A stretch of DNA of 64,000 bases from Planctomycetota bacterium (GCA_027021385.1 JALUUL010000079.1:126329-190328), one strand, 5' to 3'. Shown: positions 9,469 through 19,153, numbered from the stretch's first letter. The notes: generated by a model from the sequence alone, not told the origin. Numbers and translations are program-made.

Positions 9469-10199
9469 CGATGGCCCCCTCCCTCTCCCGGGCGCCACTT
9501 CGGAGGTCTGGTCTCCATGGATTTCCGGGTTTTGCCCCTGCTTTCCTTCCCCAGGCCGGGAACGACGGTTGCCTTGATCATGTAGCGGCGCTTGGAGGAA
9601 TGGGGGTCATGACATTCCGTGCAGGATCCCTTCTCGAAGGTCTTGTGGCGTTTCCTCGTGACGAAGGTGTCCCCCGTGTGGCACCGCGCGCAGAGGGTGT
9701 CGGGATTCTTGACTTTCAGGAGGTGGGGGTATGAGGACCGGTGGTGCTCATGGCACTGGGCGCACTCGCCGGCGGCCACCGGCCCATGGACGAAGGCTTC
9801 CTCGGGGGGCTTATGGCATTTCTTGCACAGGAGCTTTTTCGGAAGGCGCAGCTCGGACAGACCCTGCCTCCAGGTGGGCTGGGAGTTTCCTCCACGGGGA
9901 GCGGTCGAATGGCAATCCCCGCATCGCTTCTCCTGGAAGGGTTTGTGGAAAAAGACCTCGACCTTCTTCAGCCGCTCCTCCTGGAGCTTGGCCCTCTCCT
10001 CTAGGGTCAGGGACCGGAGTTCAATTCGGGGAACCGGGCCGATGAAGTCGGGTGTTCCGGGAGTCCTGGGATCCGGAACCCCGTCGAAGAAGAAGGACAG
10101 GATCTCATACTTCTTGAGGGCCGTACAGGCAGCCGTCACTCCAAGGGGGCAGAAGGCCAGGAGAAGCAGGAGGGCCGGAGGACTTCGTCGGAGCGACAT
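9465..10199 (-). CDS. Lipoprotein pentaheme cytochrome c (ExtC-like partner of the porin)
   Basis: Lipobox-like VTAAC followed by LSFFFDGVP; 5 CxxCH; translationally coupled to the beta-barrel gene. Confidence 0.88.
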   Translation of the reverse strand: MSLRRSPPALLLLLAFCPLGVTAACTALKKYEILSFFFDGVPDPRTPGTPDFIGPVPRIELRSLTLEERAKLQEERLKKVEVFFHKPFQEKRCGDCHSTAPRGGNSQPTWRQGLSELRLPKKLLCKKCHKPPEEAFVHGPVAAGECAQCHEHHRSSYPHLLKVKNPDTLCARCHTGDTFVTRKRHKTFEKGSCTECHDPHSSKRRYMIKATVVPGLGKESRGKTRKSMETRPPKWRPGEGGGHR

Positions 10200-10346
10200 T
10201 CGGGAAGCCTGTCTTCGCTTGGGTCGGGAAATCGGGCGATCCGGACTCGGGCGAACCGCATCCCGAAGACCGGCCTCAGAGTCTCTTGATCCTTCCTTCC
10301 GCACCTCCGACTTCAGGAGAAAGGGAACAGGATTGCAACATGAGTG

Positions 10347-10363
10347 AGCAAGGTCCATGCCGG
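10347..10363 (-). promoter_or_regulatory. Sigma54 -24/-12 promoter for the leftward cytochrome/porin/Rieske-cytb operon
   Basis: Minus strand CCGGCATGGACCTTGCT: GG-N10-GC, close to consensus TGGCACGNNNNTTGCW, about 150 bp upstream of ATG 10199. Confidence 0.75.
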
Positions 10364-10443
10364 AGAACGGCCGTAGGGCGGACAGCTTGTCGCAAGATCA
10401 AGGAGTTCTCCCGGGGTTCCGATAGGGCTTTCGGAGGGGAAGC

Positions 10444-11199
10444 ATGCTTGGAATCGCGCGCTGGGGGGGCGCTGTCCTCTTGGGGACGATCGGGATGGCG
10501 GCCGGGGGAGAGGAAACGGTGACGGCCCTTGGCATGGAGATCTCCCCCTCCTCCCCGGTCGTCGCAGGGACCTCTGAGAGTTGCCTGTCCTGCCATCTTG
10601 ATCTTCGGGGGAGGGGGCACCCTCTTGGTGATCGAATGCCGGAGGGAAGCGGCCTGCCTGGGGAGGCGGCCTTGGGGCTCGGTTGCTTGACCTGCCATGA
10701 TTCGGGAACGGTCCGGGATGACCATCGAAAATCCCGGGCCTCCCACTTGCGGGAGATTCCTCGCGTCCTGTGCAGGCGTTGTCATCGGGATCCGGAACCG
10801 GGGTCGCGTCTGGGGCACACGATGGACCTCGGCAGGGCGCACGCTTCCGGAGGGAGGGAACGAGGGGACAGGAAGGCCTTCCTCGGTGGAGTGGACCGCA
10901 TATCCCTAGGATGCCTTGGCTGCCATGACGGAAGCGTCGCTTCGGAGGCCAAGGTCGACCTTCCCGGAGAGCCTCGGATTCCGGGAAGGGCCGGGTCGGG
11001 GCTGCAGCATCCGATCGGAGCCCGGTCCATGGTAAGAGGGGCGGAAACGACACCTCCGTCTCCGCGACCGACGAGGTCGGATGCGCGGGAAGGGATCCTC
11101 GGATGTCTGAGCTGCCACGATCCCTGGAGCCCCTGGGAATCCCAGCTCTCGAGGAACCCTGAGGACGGCGGACTCTGCAGGTCCTGCCACGTGAAATGA
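10444..11199 (+). CDS. Hexaheme cytochrome c with a C-terminal OmcE-like half
   Basis: 6 CxxCH; signal peptide; C-terminal SLGCLGCHDG..QHPIG..CLSCHDPW..LCRSCHVK. Confidence 0.85.
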   Translation: MLGIARWGGAVLLGTIGMAAGGEETVTALGMEISPSSPVVAGTSESCLSCHLDLRGRGHPLGDRMPEGSGLPGEAALGLGCLTCHDSGTVRDDHRKSRASHLREIPRVLCRRCHRDPEPGSRLGHTMDLGRAHASGGRERGDRKAFLGGVDRISLGCLGCHDGSVASEAKVDLPGEPRIPGRAGSGLQHPIGARSMVRGAETTPPSPRPTRSDAREGILGCLSCHDPWSPWESQLSRNPEDGGLCRSCHVK

Positions 11200-11245
11200 G
11201 CGGTTTCCCCGAGCCGCCAAGGGAAGCGTCATCTCTAACCGCCCA

Positions 11246-11261
11246 TGGTATGGTCTTTGCT
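11246..11261 (+). promoter_or_regulatory. Sigma54 -24/-12 promoter for the PPIase / 9-heme / NapC-like unit
   Basis: TGGTATGGTCTTTGCT (GG-N10-GC), about 30 bp upstream of ATG 11294. Confidence 0.72.
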
Positions 11262-11293
11262 CCGGACCGGAGAACCTCTTCCAGGATGCCTAC

Positions 11294-12373
11294 ATGATCT
11301 TCGCGACTCTCACCCTGAGCCTCGCTCTTCCCCTTCTTCTCCAGACGAGCCGACCCTCGGGAGGGCCGGTTACCCGGGAGTCGAAGGAGCGGGCGGGAAA
11401 ACCGGTGGAGAATCCTGTCCTTGCCGAGGTCGGGTCGGTGAAGATCCGCCAGAGCGATGTCCTTGCGGAGATCAACCGCCTGATTCCGCTGAACTTCTAT
11501 CACGGGAAGGTCCCCGTGGAGAAGATGGAATCCTTCCGGGACAAGGCCCTCCAGTCCCTGATCGAACGGGCCCTGATCCACCAGGACGCGCTCGCCTCGG
11601 GGCTGCGGGCGGGCGAGGAGGAGATCCGCGCGACATTCGAGGCCTCTCTGAAGAAGGCCGGTCCCAAGTACTCCGAACTCCCGTCCGAGGAGAAGGCGAA
11701 ACTCTTGGAAACATACCGGCCCCTCGTCGAGAGGAGGGTCTTGATCGACAAGAACGAGGCTCGTTTCGAAGCCTCCCTTCCTAAGGTCAAGGAGGAGGCC
11801 GTGAGGGCTACGTACGAGGCGAGGAAATCCAAGCTGCTGGCGCCCCGTGAGGGCCATTTCCTCCACATCCTCTTGAAGGTCGATCCCGGCGCCAGCGAGG
11901 CCGAGATCGCGAAGGCGAAGGAGAAGATGCTGAAGGCCCGGAAGGAGATCCTCGGAGGGCGCCCCTTCGCGGAGGTCGCGAAGGAGATCTCCCAGGATAT
12001 CTATGCCTCGAGGGGCGGGGACATGGGATGGGTCAAGGAGGGGAGTTTTCTCGGGGGGCCGGTCGGGGAGGCTGCGTTCAAGCTCGAGGCGGGAGAACTC
12101 TCGGAACTCGTCTCCTCGATCTATGGCTTCCATCTTGTCCAGTGTCTGGCCTGGAAACCGCGGAAGACGATGTCTTTCGAGGAAGCCAGAAAGAGTATCG
12201 AAATCGAACTCGAGGAGGCGATCCGGCGTTCGGCGCGGGAGCGCTGGCTGGCGACCCTGAGAGAGCGCTTTCCGGTGAAGATCCATCGAGTCGGGATCCT
12301 CGCGGAATCCCCGAAGGAAGAAACCGCTTCCTCGAAGCCGGCCTCCCGTCCCGGCCCGCATGGAGGGCGCTGA
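11294..12373 (+). CDS. Periplasmic PpiC/parvulin peptidyl-prolyl isomerase (SurA/PrsA-like foldase)
   Basis: Signal peptide, SurA-N-like helices, HILLKV...FAEVAKEISQD...GGDMGW...SIYGFHLV rotamase motif. Confidence 0.9.
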   Translation: MIFATLTLSLALPLLLQTSRPSGGPVTRESKERAGKPVENPVLAEVGSVKIRQSDVLAEINRLIPLNFYHGKVPVEKMESFRDKALQSLIERALIHQDALASGLRAGEEEIRATFEASLKKAGPKYSELPSEEKAKLLETYRPLVERRVLIDKNEARFEASLPKVKEEAVRATYEARKSKLLAPREGHFLHILLKVDPGASEAEIAKAKEKMLKARKEILGGRPFAEVAKEISQDIYASRGGDMGWVKEGSFLGGPVGEAAFKLEAGELSELVSSIYGFHLVQCLAWKPRKTMSFEEARKSIEIELEEAIRRSARERWLATLRERFPVKIHRVGILAESPKEETASSKPASRPGPHGGR

Positions 12374-12552
12374 CCTCCCGGCGGAACTGCGACGAACCGC
12401 CGCTTCCTTTTTCCATACTCGGGAATGGGTTTCGCCCGAAGGAAAGCAACGATGAGGACTCGAGTGCCGGGCGTTTCCAGGGCCTCGGACATGCTCCCGG
12501 TTCCGGCGCTTGGAACATCCGGGCGGAGTTCCTCCTTGGGGAGGGTCGAATC

Positions 12553-13836
12553 ATGATCTGGCCGTTCCTTTTGGCCGTCTTGTCGATCTACTCGCCGCAG
12601 GCGGGGGCGCAGGACCCTCGTAACAGCCATTGCATGTCCTGCCATCTTGCGAAGGACTCGAAGCTGCTGCACGCCTTCGAGGGGAGCGTCCATGGAATCG
12701 CGGGGATCGGCTGCATCGGTTGCCATGGAGGGGATCCTGGGGGGGAGACGAAGGAGGACGGGCATCTCCGTTCGAAAGGCTATTCGGGAGTCCTGAAGCG
12801 GCGGGACATCCCCGCATTGTGCGGGTCCTGTCACGGGGACGAGGCGGAGATGCGCAAGGTCCGCCTGGATTTCCGGGTCTACGAGGACTGGAAACGGAGC
12901 AAGCACGGGCGACTAGCGGCGAAGGGGGATCCCAGGGTTCCGATCTGCAGTGATTGTCACGGGGACCACGGGATCCTTTCGCGGCTCGATCCGGCTTCAC
13001 CGACCCACCGGCGGAACATCGCCGGAACCTGCGGCTCCTGCCACTCGGATCCGGTGAAGATGGGGGCCAGCAAGCTTCCGACGAATCAGGAGAAGGAATA
13101 CCGGGAAGGGATCCATGGGGAGATCCTTTACGGCAAGCGCAAGGGGAATCCGAACCTGGTTCCGACCTGCATCGATTGCCATGGAGGCCATGGAGCCGTT
13201 CCGCCGACCGCCCGATCCGTGCCGGAGGTCTGCGGGAGTTGCCATTTCGAGGAACGGAGGTTCCTCGCGCAGAGCCCCCACGCCGAATCCTTGCGGTTCA
13301 CGGGGGAACCTTCCTGCAAGGACTGCCACGGGAACCATCACAACACGATCCCCGAGGAAGGACTGCAGGAAAAGGTCTGTATCCCCTGCCACAACGATCC
13401 CAAGGACGTAGGTACCCGGGAGGCCAAGGCCTTCGCGAGCCTCCTGGCGCGGGGAGGCCAGGCCCTGGGGCGGCTGGACAAGGCTCTCGAAGAGGCGCAA
13501 GCGAGGGAGCCTTCCTCCCTGGTCTCCATGCTCCTCGAGGCGGAATGGAAGCGGGCCGAGACTGCCTATTCGACCCTGCGTAAGGAATCGCACACCCTGA
13601 ACCGTCCCATCGTCTCCAAGGCGGTCGAGGATCTGGAGAGCATCGTTCGGACGGTCCTGGCCGTCGCCGAGAACGGGATCGACCGTGAGAAGGGGTTTTC
13701 CGAGACGGTCACGATGATGATCCTCATTGGCGTCGGGAGCGGGCTCCTGGTCGCGAGCGTGGTCGTCGTCCTCCTGCTTCTCCGCATCCTTGGCCGAGGC
13801 AAGGACAGGAAAGCTGTAAAGGCCGGAGATTCTTGA
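12553..13836 (+). CDS. Membrane-anchored nonaheme cytochrome c
   Basis: Start reassigned to ATG 12553 (MIWPFLL signal peptide); 9 CxxCH; helical stalk and C-terminal TM helix. Confidence 0.9.
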   Translation: MIWPFLLAVLSIYSPQAGAQDPRNSHCMSCHLAKDSKLLHAFEGSVHGIAGIGCIGCHGGDPGGETKEDGHLRSKGYSGVLKRRDIPALCGSCHGDEAEMRKVRLDFRVYEDWKRSKHGRLAAKGDPRVPICSDCHGDHGILSRLDPASPTHRRNIAGTCGSCHSDPVKMGASKLPTNQEKEYREGIHGEILYGKRKGNPNLVPTCIDCHGGHGAVPPTARSVPEVCGSCHFEERRFLAQSPHAESLRFTGEPSCKDCHGNHHNTIPEEGLQEKVCIPCHNDPKDVGTREAKAFASLLARGGQALGRLDKALEEAQAREPSSLVSMLLEAEWKRAETAYSTLRKESHTLNRPIVSKAVEDLESIVRTVLAVAENGIDREKGFSETVTMMILIGVGSGLLVASVVVVLLLLRILGRGKDRKAVKAGDS

Positions 13837-13837
13837 C

Positions 13838-15499
13838 ATGAGGTCGGTTCTCCTCTTTCCGTTCCGGGTTCCCTTCCTCCTTCTCAAGTGGATGTTCGCG
13901 GGACGATACCGTTTCGTGTTCCTCCTCATCCTCGTATTCGGCGGCATGGTCTTCGGGACCGTCGAGGGATGGCATTACGCTTCCAGCCCGGATTTCTGCC
14001 GATCCTGCCACCACATGGAGCCCTACTGGCAGTCCTGGTCCCGCTCGACCCACAAGCACGTCCAATGCATCGGCTGCCATTTCGAACCGGGGCTCGGCAA
14101 CGAGTTCCATGCCAAGTTCCAGGCCCTGAAACAGCTCGCCAGCGCGGTGACGGGGATGTACAGCTCCAGACCCTTCGCGGAGGTCAGCGACCGTTCTTGT
14201 CTCCGGTCGGGTTGTCACAGTACGAGGGGGCTGGGGAAGGAAGTGGAGTTCTCGAAACGGGGGGTCTTTTTCGACCATCCGAAGCATCTGGGGGAGCTGC
14301 CCTTCGGGATCAAGCTGGCCTGCATCTCCTGTCATTCCCAGGTGACCGTCGACAACCACATGGAAGTGGACCGGAACACCTGTTTCCTGTGCCATTTCAA
14401 GGGTAGCAAGGCCCCCGACGGCACCCCCGACCCGATGGAGGCCTGCGGCGTCTGTCATGGAGCCCCCCGGAAGGAACTCTCGGTCGGGGGGTTGAAGATC
14501 GACCACAAGGATTTCCTGAAGCGCGGGATGGAATGCGCCCAATGCCACCTGGAGGTCGTGTCAGGAACCGGGGAGGTCGGCCGGGGGAGGTGTCTGGGTT
14601 GCCACAACCAGCCTTCCTATCTCGAGGAGTTCGGGGACGTGGAGGCCCTGCACCTCAAGCACGTGTCGATCCACAAATTGAACTGCTATCTGTGCCACGA
14701 ACGGATCGAGCACCGTTTCCGAACCGAGGAAGGAACTGTGGCAGAGTCCCATCCTAAGGGGCTCCCGGACGGGGACTGTTCCAAATGCCACCTGGAACCG
14801 CATAGCCCCCAAGCGGCCTTCTACGCCGGAAAGGGTGCAGTCTCCGTGCAAGGCGAGCCGGATCCGATGTCCAAATACGGGTTGGACTGCTCCGCCTGTC
14901 ACGGTCTGGCCCGCCGTTCCAAGGCCGAGATCAACGCCCATTCCCGCGTGGATTCGGCGACTCTCGCCCGGGGGTCTTGCAACGGATGTCACGGGCAGGG
15001 GTACAGTGAGTTCGTGGGTCCCTTCCTCGAGAGGGTCGGGGAGGTTCAGCACCATCTCGAAAAGCGTCTCGACCGCGTGCTGGAGACCTTCCGCGGGATC
15101 GAGGAGAGAGAAGATGTCGTTCCCAGGAAGACGTTCCACACCGCGAAGAACACGGAGAAAGACCTGGCATTCCTCCGGAGGGCGCGTCCTATACACAATC
15201 CCTTCTTCGCGGTCGCTATCCTGAGGCGGGCCGACAGGGATTTGGCCGTCGTCGAAAAGGACCTTGGAGTCCCTGTCCTACCCGGACGCCCCAAGGACTT
15301 CCCGAAGGAGGGATGCCTCGTCTGCCACGAGGCCCTGCCCCCCCCGGGGAAGATCAAGCTCAAGGACGGGAAGGTCTTTTCGCACCGGATGGCCTTCAAG
15401 GCCGACGGGCCGACCTGCACGGCCTGTCACAAGGGCCCGAACCATCCGGCCAAGCCCGTCGTTCCTTACGGGGTCTGCTCCACCTGCCACAAGAAATGA
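13838..15499 (+). CDS. NapC/NirT-family quinol dehydrogenase extended to ~15 hemes
   Basis: N-terminal TM helix, then SSPDFCRSCHHMEPY..W..STHKHVQCIGCH (NapC/NirT signature); 14 CxxCH plus CLRSGCH. Confidence 0.9.
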   Translation: MRSVLLFPFRVPFLLLKWMFAGRYRFVFLLILVFGGMVFGTVEGWHYASSPDFCRSCHHMEPYWQSWSRSTHKHVQCIGCHFEPGLGNEFHAKFQALKQLASAVTGMYSSRPFAEVSDRSCLRSGCHSTRGLGKEVEFSKRGVFFDHPKHLGELPFGIKLACISCHSQVTVDNHMEVDRNTCFLCHFKGSKAPDGTPDPMEACGVCHGAPRKELSVGGLKIDHKDFLKRGMECAQCHLEVVSGTGEVGRGRCLGCHNQPSYLEEFGDVEALHLKHVSIHKLNCYLCHERIEHRFRTEEGTVAESHPKGLPDGDCSKCHLEPHSPQAAFYAGKGAVSVQGEPDPMSKYGLDCSACHGLARRSKAEINAHSRVDSATLARGSCNGCHGQGYSEFVGPFLERVGEVQHHLEKRLDRVLETFRGIEEREDVVPRKTFHTAKNTEKDLAFLRRARPIHNPFFAVAILRRADRDLAVVEKDLGVPVLPGRPKDFPKEGCLVCHEALPPPGKIKLKDGKVFSHRMAFKADGPTCTACHKGPNHPAKPVVPYGVCSTCHKK

Positions 15500-15520
15500 G
15501 CGAGGGATCCCTCGGCTTTC

Positions 15521-18500
15521 TCAAGGAGTGAGTTCCAGCTTGGGGCGGATGGCCGAGCGATATCTGAGATAGGACAGCACGATGACGGCGATCTCGAAGA
15601 TGCAGAAGAGGGCCGCATAGAGCAGTCCTCCTTCCGAGGAGCCGTAGGAATGCAGGCCCGCGGCGAGAACGAAGTTGACCCCGTAATACGTCATGACGAC
15701 GGAGAGGAAGCTGGCGATCGAAGAGACGGCCAGTCCGAAGGGGTGGAGCCAGCCCGCGAAGCGTGCATGCACGATGCCCAGGTAGACGAAGAAGGTGATC
15801 AGGGACCAGGTTTCCTTCGGATCCCAACCCCAGTACCTCCCCCAACTTTCGTTGGCCCAAATGGCGCCGAAGACGATCCCGGCCGCGAGAAAGAGGAGTC
15901 CGACCTGCATCGTCTTGTAGGTGAGGTTCGTGAGGGTCCGGAGCATCTCGGTCCTCCCGGGCCGGAACAACTGGACCCAGATGACGATATGACCGAGTCC
16001 CATGTTCAGGGCGAAGGCGGAATAGGCCAGCATGATCGTCATCACGTGGACCGACAACCAGTAGGTGTGGGCCAGGACGGGCACGAGGGGGTTGATCGAG
16101 GAATCCAGGGGCAGGTGCTCCGAGAAGAGAAGGCAGAGGAAGCCCATCAGGCTTGCAACGAGTCCGAAGAAACGCTTGCGGTAGAGGAACTCGAGGAAGA
16201 GCCCGATCGCGATCGTGCCCCAACCCATGAAAACCAGGGATTCGTACATGTCCGAGACCGGAGCCCTTTCGGCGATTGCCCATCTGAGTCCGATGCCGGT
16301 CGTGTGAGCGGCGAAACCGAGGATCAGGGCCGTCATGCCCGCCCAATATCCCTTCCGGTTCTTGACGAAACCGAAGAAGAGGATCAGCAGGAAGCTCAGC
16401 AGATAGGCCTTCCAGGCCTTCCCGAAGGCCTCGAACTCTTCGTAAAAGATCTCCAGGGATAGGGCTTCCTCCGGAGGGTAGGTCTCGGGGCCCGCTTCCC
16501 GGAGAATTCCCGTCAGTTCTTCGGCGGCCTTGCCGAAGTCCTGTGGATCCTTGTCCCTCCATGCCTTGGACATCCGGATGAAACCGGCAAAGATCCGTTT
16601 TTGCAGGTCCGACTTCGCGTCCTTGAAGTCGTTCGGAGTTTCCCATTTTCCCTGGGAATCCTTGACGGGAACGATACGGAGGGATGTGCCGCGGAGAATC
16701 CCGGAGAGTAGTTCCAGGCGGCGGTAGACCTCGAGGGCGTCCTTCTCGATCTTCGTCAGGTCTTCGTGATTGCGGTCCTTGGTGATCGCGCGACCGGCGA
16801 CCTCTTGGAACCGCGGATGCATCATGAGCCGCAGGAAGGAGAAGCGTTTCTTCCCCTCCTCCAACTCCATCAAGGCCTTGAGTTCCTTACTGTCGATCCG
16901 GATATACGGTCGATTCCGGAAATCCTCCGGGGCGAGGTTGTAGCCCCAGAGCAGTTCGAGAGAGCTCAGGCCGTCGTGCTTCCTATGCCCGGTGATCGCG
17001 GTCGCGAACTCGTTCGCGAAAGTGAGAAGGGGTTTGATTCTTCCCGAGGACTGGATGGCCCAGGCCTTGGTCTTCTCGACCGGCATTCCCGTCGGGCCGC
17101 CTGAGGCCTTCGCGGGCACGGAGGAGAGCAGGACCGCGGCCAGGAACCAGAAACCCGTCAATGCCCCCTTCGTTGCGGTATGACCCATGTTCGTGGCCTC
17201 CTGTGCGGGGTTCTTTTCCATGTTCGTCACCGACTCCTTCCTGTTCATGGGTTCCGGCCCGTCGATCCCGGGCCTCCTCGGTTTTCCGTGTCCGCGCAGA
17301 TACCAGGCGATTCCCAGGATGATCAGAAAGAAACTCGGGTAGACGATCGGGACTCCCGGGTCCTTGGAGACGGAGAGGATCGTCATGTCCGGGCCGCCTC
17401 TCTCCCCGAGCTGGTAACTGCTTTGGAAGAGCCGGAAGCCTCCGTAGTCGAGCGGGCGGTTCATCGAGATCACGGTCTCGATAGGCTCCTCGTCGATCCC
17501 GTGCGGAGTCACCTTGACCTTCGAGGCATAGGTCTTGGGACGCCTCGAACCGGGGTAGAACTCCAGGATGAAGTCCTCGAGTTCGAGACTGAAGGGCAGT
17601 TCCTTCGTCGAGCGTTTATAGGCGAAGAGGAGCGAGCCTCCTTCGAGTCCGATTTCGTCGTCCCAACCCCGGCCGATCCAGAAGGTGTTTTCCTTCCCCT
17701 TCCAGTGGGCCTTCAGTTTCAGGAAGGCGCGATTCGTCTCTTTCCCCTTCTTGGAGGATTCGACCCGGACCTCGGCCTTGGCGCTCTTCACGAACCGTTC
17801 GAGTTTGAAATCCAATCCGAGGTTTCCGACTGCGATTGTCTGCCCCTCGATGATTTCGAGGGCGGGCCCCCGCCCGATCGAGGCCGAGAGTTGGATCCAG
17901 AACCTCTTGCCTCCGTCATGGAGGATCGAGACCAAGGGCTTCTTGCCGGCGGAATTCGCCTCGAGGCGGATCCTTTGAACGAGGGGGGCTCCCTTCTGGC
18001 CCCGGATCGAGTTGAAGGTAGGGAAATTGGCGAAGACCTTGTGGATCTCTGTGTGGCTCTTCCCCCGGACCTCGACGACGGCGGCGGGATTACTGCCCGA
18101 TCCGGGGACGTTGCGCAGCTTGCCCTGGACGATCTTGGCTTCAGGCATGAAGGACAGGACCTTCACCGAGATTCCTTCCCCGGCCTGGACGACCTTCCCG
18201 AGAGAAGCGGGAAGGGGGAGGTCCAGGGGGGAACCTTTCTCGGACACGAGGACACGGATGCTGGAGCCACCGGTCTTTCGCTCGGGGAGACGGCCTTTCA
18301 AGGCTTCCGGGTCCCGGATCACGAGGAACTCGATCTCGACCGGGCCGACGTCCTTCCTGCGGAAGTCGGCATGGTCGGCGATCAGCCATTGCCTGCCCTC
18401 GACACCCATCCCGGAGAGCTGGAACTGGATGCCTGGGCTCCCCTCCACCCCGGCGTCCGTAAGGTGGACGTAAGGGGTCCCATCCTCGAGGAAGCGTTCG

Positions 18501-19024
18501 ATCGAGAGGCCGGGATGCCCTTCCTCCTCCTCGAGGAGGGTGATCCCCGCGAGTCGCACGGTGTCGGGGAGTTCGAGGATCTCGTGGTAGGGCTTTCCTT
18601 TCAGGGGCTTCCAGCGTAGATCGAGGTGGCTGCGATCCAGGAAGAGGGTCCTCGATTCGGTTCCCTCCTGCACGGCCATCCGCCCCTCGTATCCGAAGGT
18701 CCGGGACACCCAACCTCCGAAGAGGAGCAGGACGATCGAGAAGTGGGTGAGGACGAAGGCCCACTGATGCCGTTTGATCGGGATCCGGTTGATGACCGCC
18801 ACGATCAAGTTGACGGCGATCAGGAAGAGGAAGAGATCGAACCAGGCCGTCCGGTAGACCCAGGATTGGGCGAAGGCCCTTGAGGTCGAGGATTCGATCA
18901 GGGTCCCGACGATCATCGCGACCACCCCGAAGATGAGCAGGACCATCGTGAACTGGACCTTGCCCAGGAAGCGGAGGAAGCGGAGGGCCGCGGGTTCTGT
19001 CTTCGTGCTCATGCGGGCGTCCAT
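15521..19024 (-). CDS. ccsBA: Fused System II cytochrome c synthase (ResB/CcsB plus CcsA/ResC)
   Basis: N-terminal ResB-like TMs (GTLIES, LTHFS, ISMNRPL..GGFRLFQSSY) and C-terminal WWD domain GAIWANESWGRYWGWDPKETW, GLHSYG. Start could be 19012, 19024 or 19033. Confidence 0.95.
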   Translation of the reverse strand: MDARMSTKTEPAALRFLRFLGKVQFTMVLLIFGVVAMIVGTLIESSTSRAFAQSWVYRTAWFDLFLFLIAVNLIVAVINRIPIKRHQWAFVLTHFSIVLLLFGGWVSRTFGYEGRMAVQEGTESRTLFLDRSHLDLRWKPLKGKPYHEILELPDTVRLAGITLLEEEEGHPGLSIERFLEDGTPYVHLTDAGVEGSPGIQFQLSGMGVEGRQWLIADHADFRRKDVGPVEIEFLVIRDPEALKGRLPERKTGGSSIRVLVSEKGSPLDLPLPASLGKVVQAGEGISVKVLSFMPEAKIVQGKLRNVPGSGSNPAAVVEVRGKSHTEIHKVFANFPTFNSIRGQKGAPLVQRIRLEANSAGKKPLVSILHDGGKRFWIQLSASIGRGPALEIIEGQTIAVGNLGLDFKLERFVKSAKAEVRVESSKKGKETNRAFLKLKAHWKGKENTFWIGRGWDDEIGLEGGSLLFAYKRSTKELPFSLELEDFILEFYPGSRRPKTYASKVKVTPHGIDEEPIETVISMNRPLDYGGFRLFQSSYQLGERGGPDMTILSVSKDPGVPIVYPSFFLIILGIAWYLRGHGKPRRPGIDGPEPMNRKESVTNMEKNPAQEATNMGHTATKGALTGFWFLAAVLLSSVPAKASGGPTGMPVEKTKAWAIQSSGRIKPLLTFANEFATAITGHRKHDGLSSLELLWGYNLAPEDFRNRPYIRIDSKELKALMELEEGKKRFSFLRLMMHPRFQEVAGRAITKDRNHEDLTKIEKDALEVYRRLELLSGILRGTSLRIVPVKDSQGKWETPNDFKDAKSDLQKRIFAGFIRMSKAWRDKDPQDFGKAAEELTGILREAGPETYPPEEALSLEIFYEEFEAFGKAWKAYLLSFLLILFFGFVKNRKGYWAGMTALILGFAAHTTGIGLRWAIAERAPVSDMYESLVFMGWGTIAIGLFLEFLYRKRFFGLVASLMGFLCLLFSEHLPLDSSINPLVPVLAHTYWLSVHVMTIMLAYSAFALNMGLGHIVIWVQLFRPGRTEMLRTLTNLTYKTMQVGLLFLAAGIVFGAIWANESWGRYWGWDPKETWSLITFFVYLGIVHARFAGWLHPFGLAVSSIASFLSVVMTYYGVNFVLAAGLHSYGSSEGGLLYAALFCIFEIAVIVLSYLRYRSAIRPKLELTP

Positions 19025-19153
19025 CCCGGTCAACCGGGTACGGAGGAAGGCTCGGTCCGCCCTTCCCCGGGAGGCTTCCCCCCCCCGGGAGGTCCGGCGG
19101 TCATTCGGGTCCGAGGGAACCCGAGCGGAACGATGTCGGCGACGCGGAGGTAG

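Noticed and set aside
10313-12361. 682-aa minus-strand ORF
   Set aside because: It lies antisense to the hexaheme and PPIase genes and has low-complexity, non-protein-like composition.
13838-15499. Nitrite reductase or hydroxylamine/hydrazine oxidoreductase (anammox-type) role for the cytochromes
   Set aside because: No CxxCK motif or recognisable HAO-type catalytic subunit is present in the locus.
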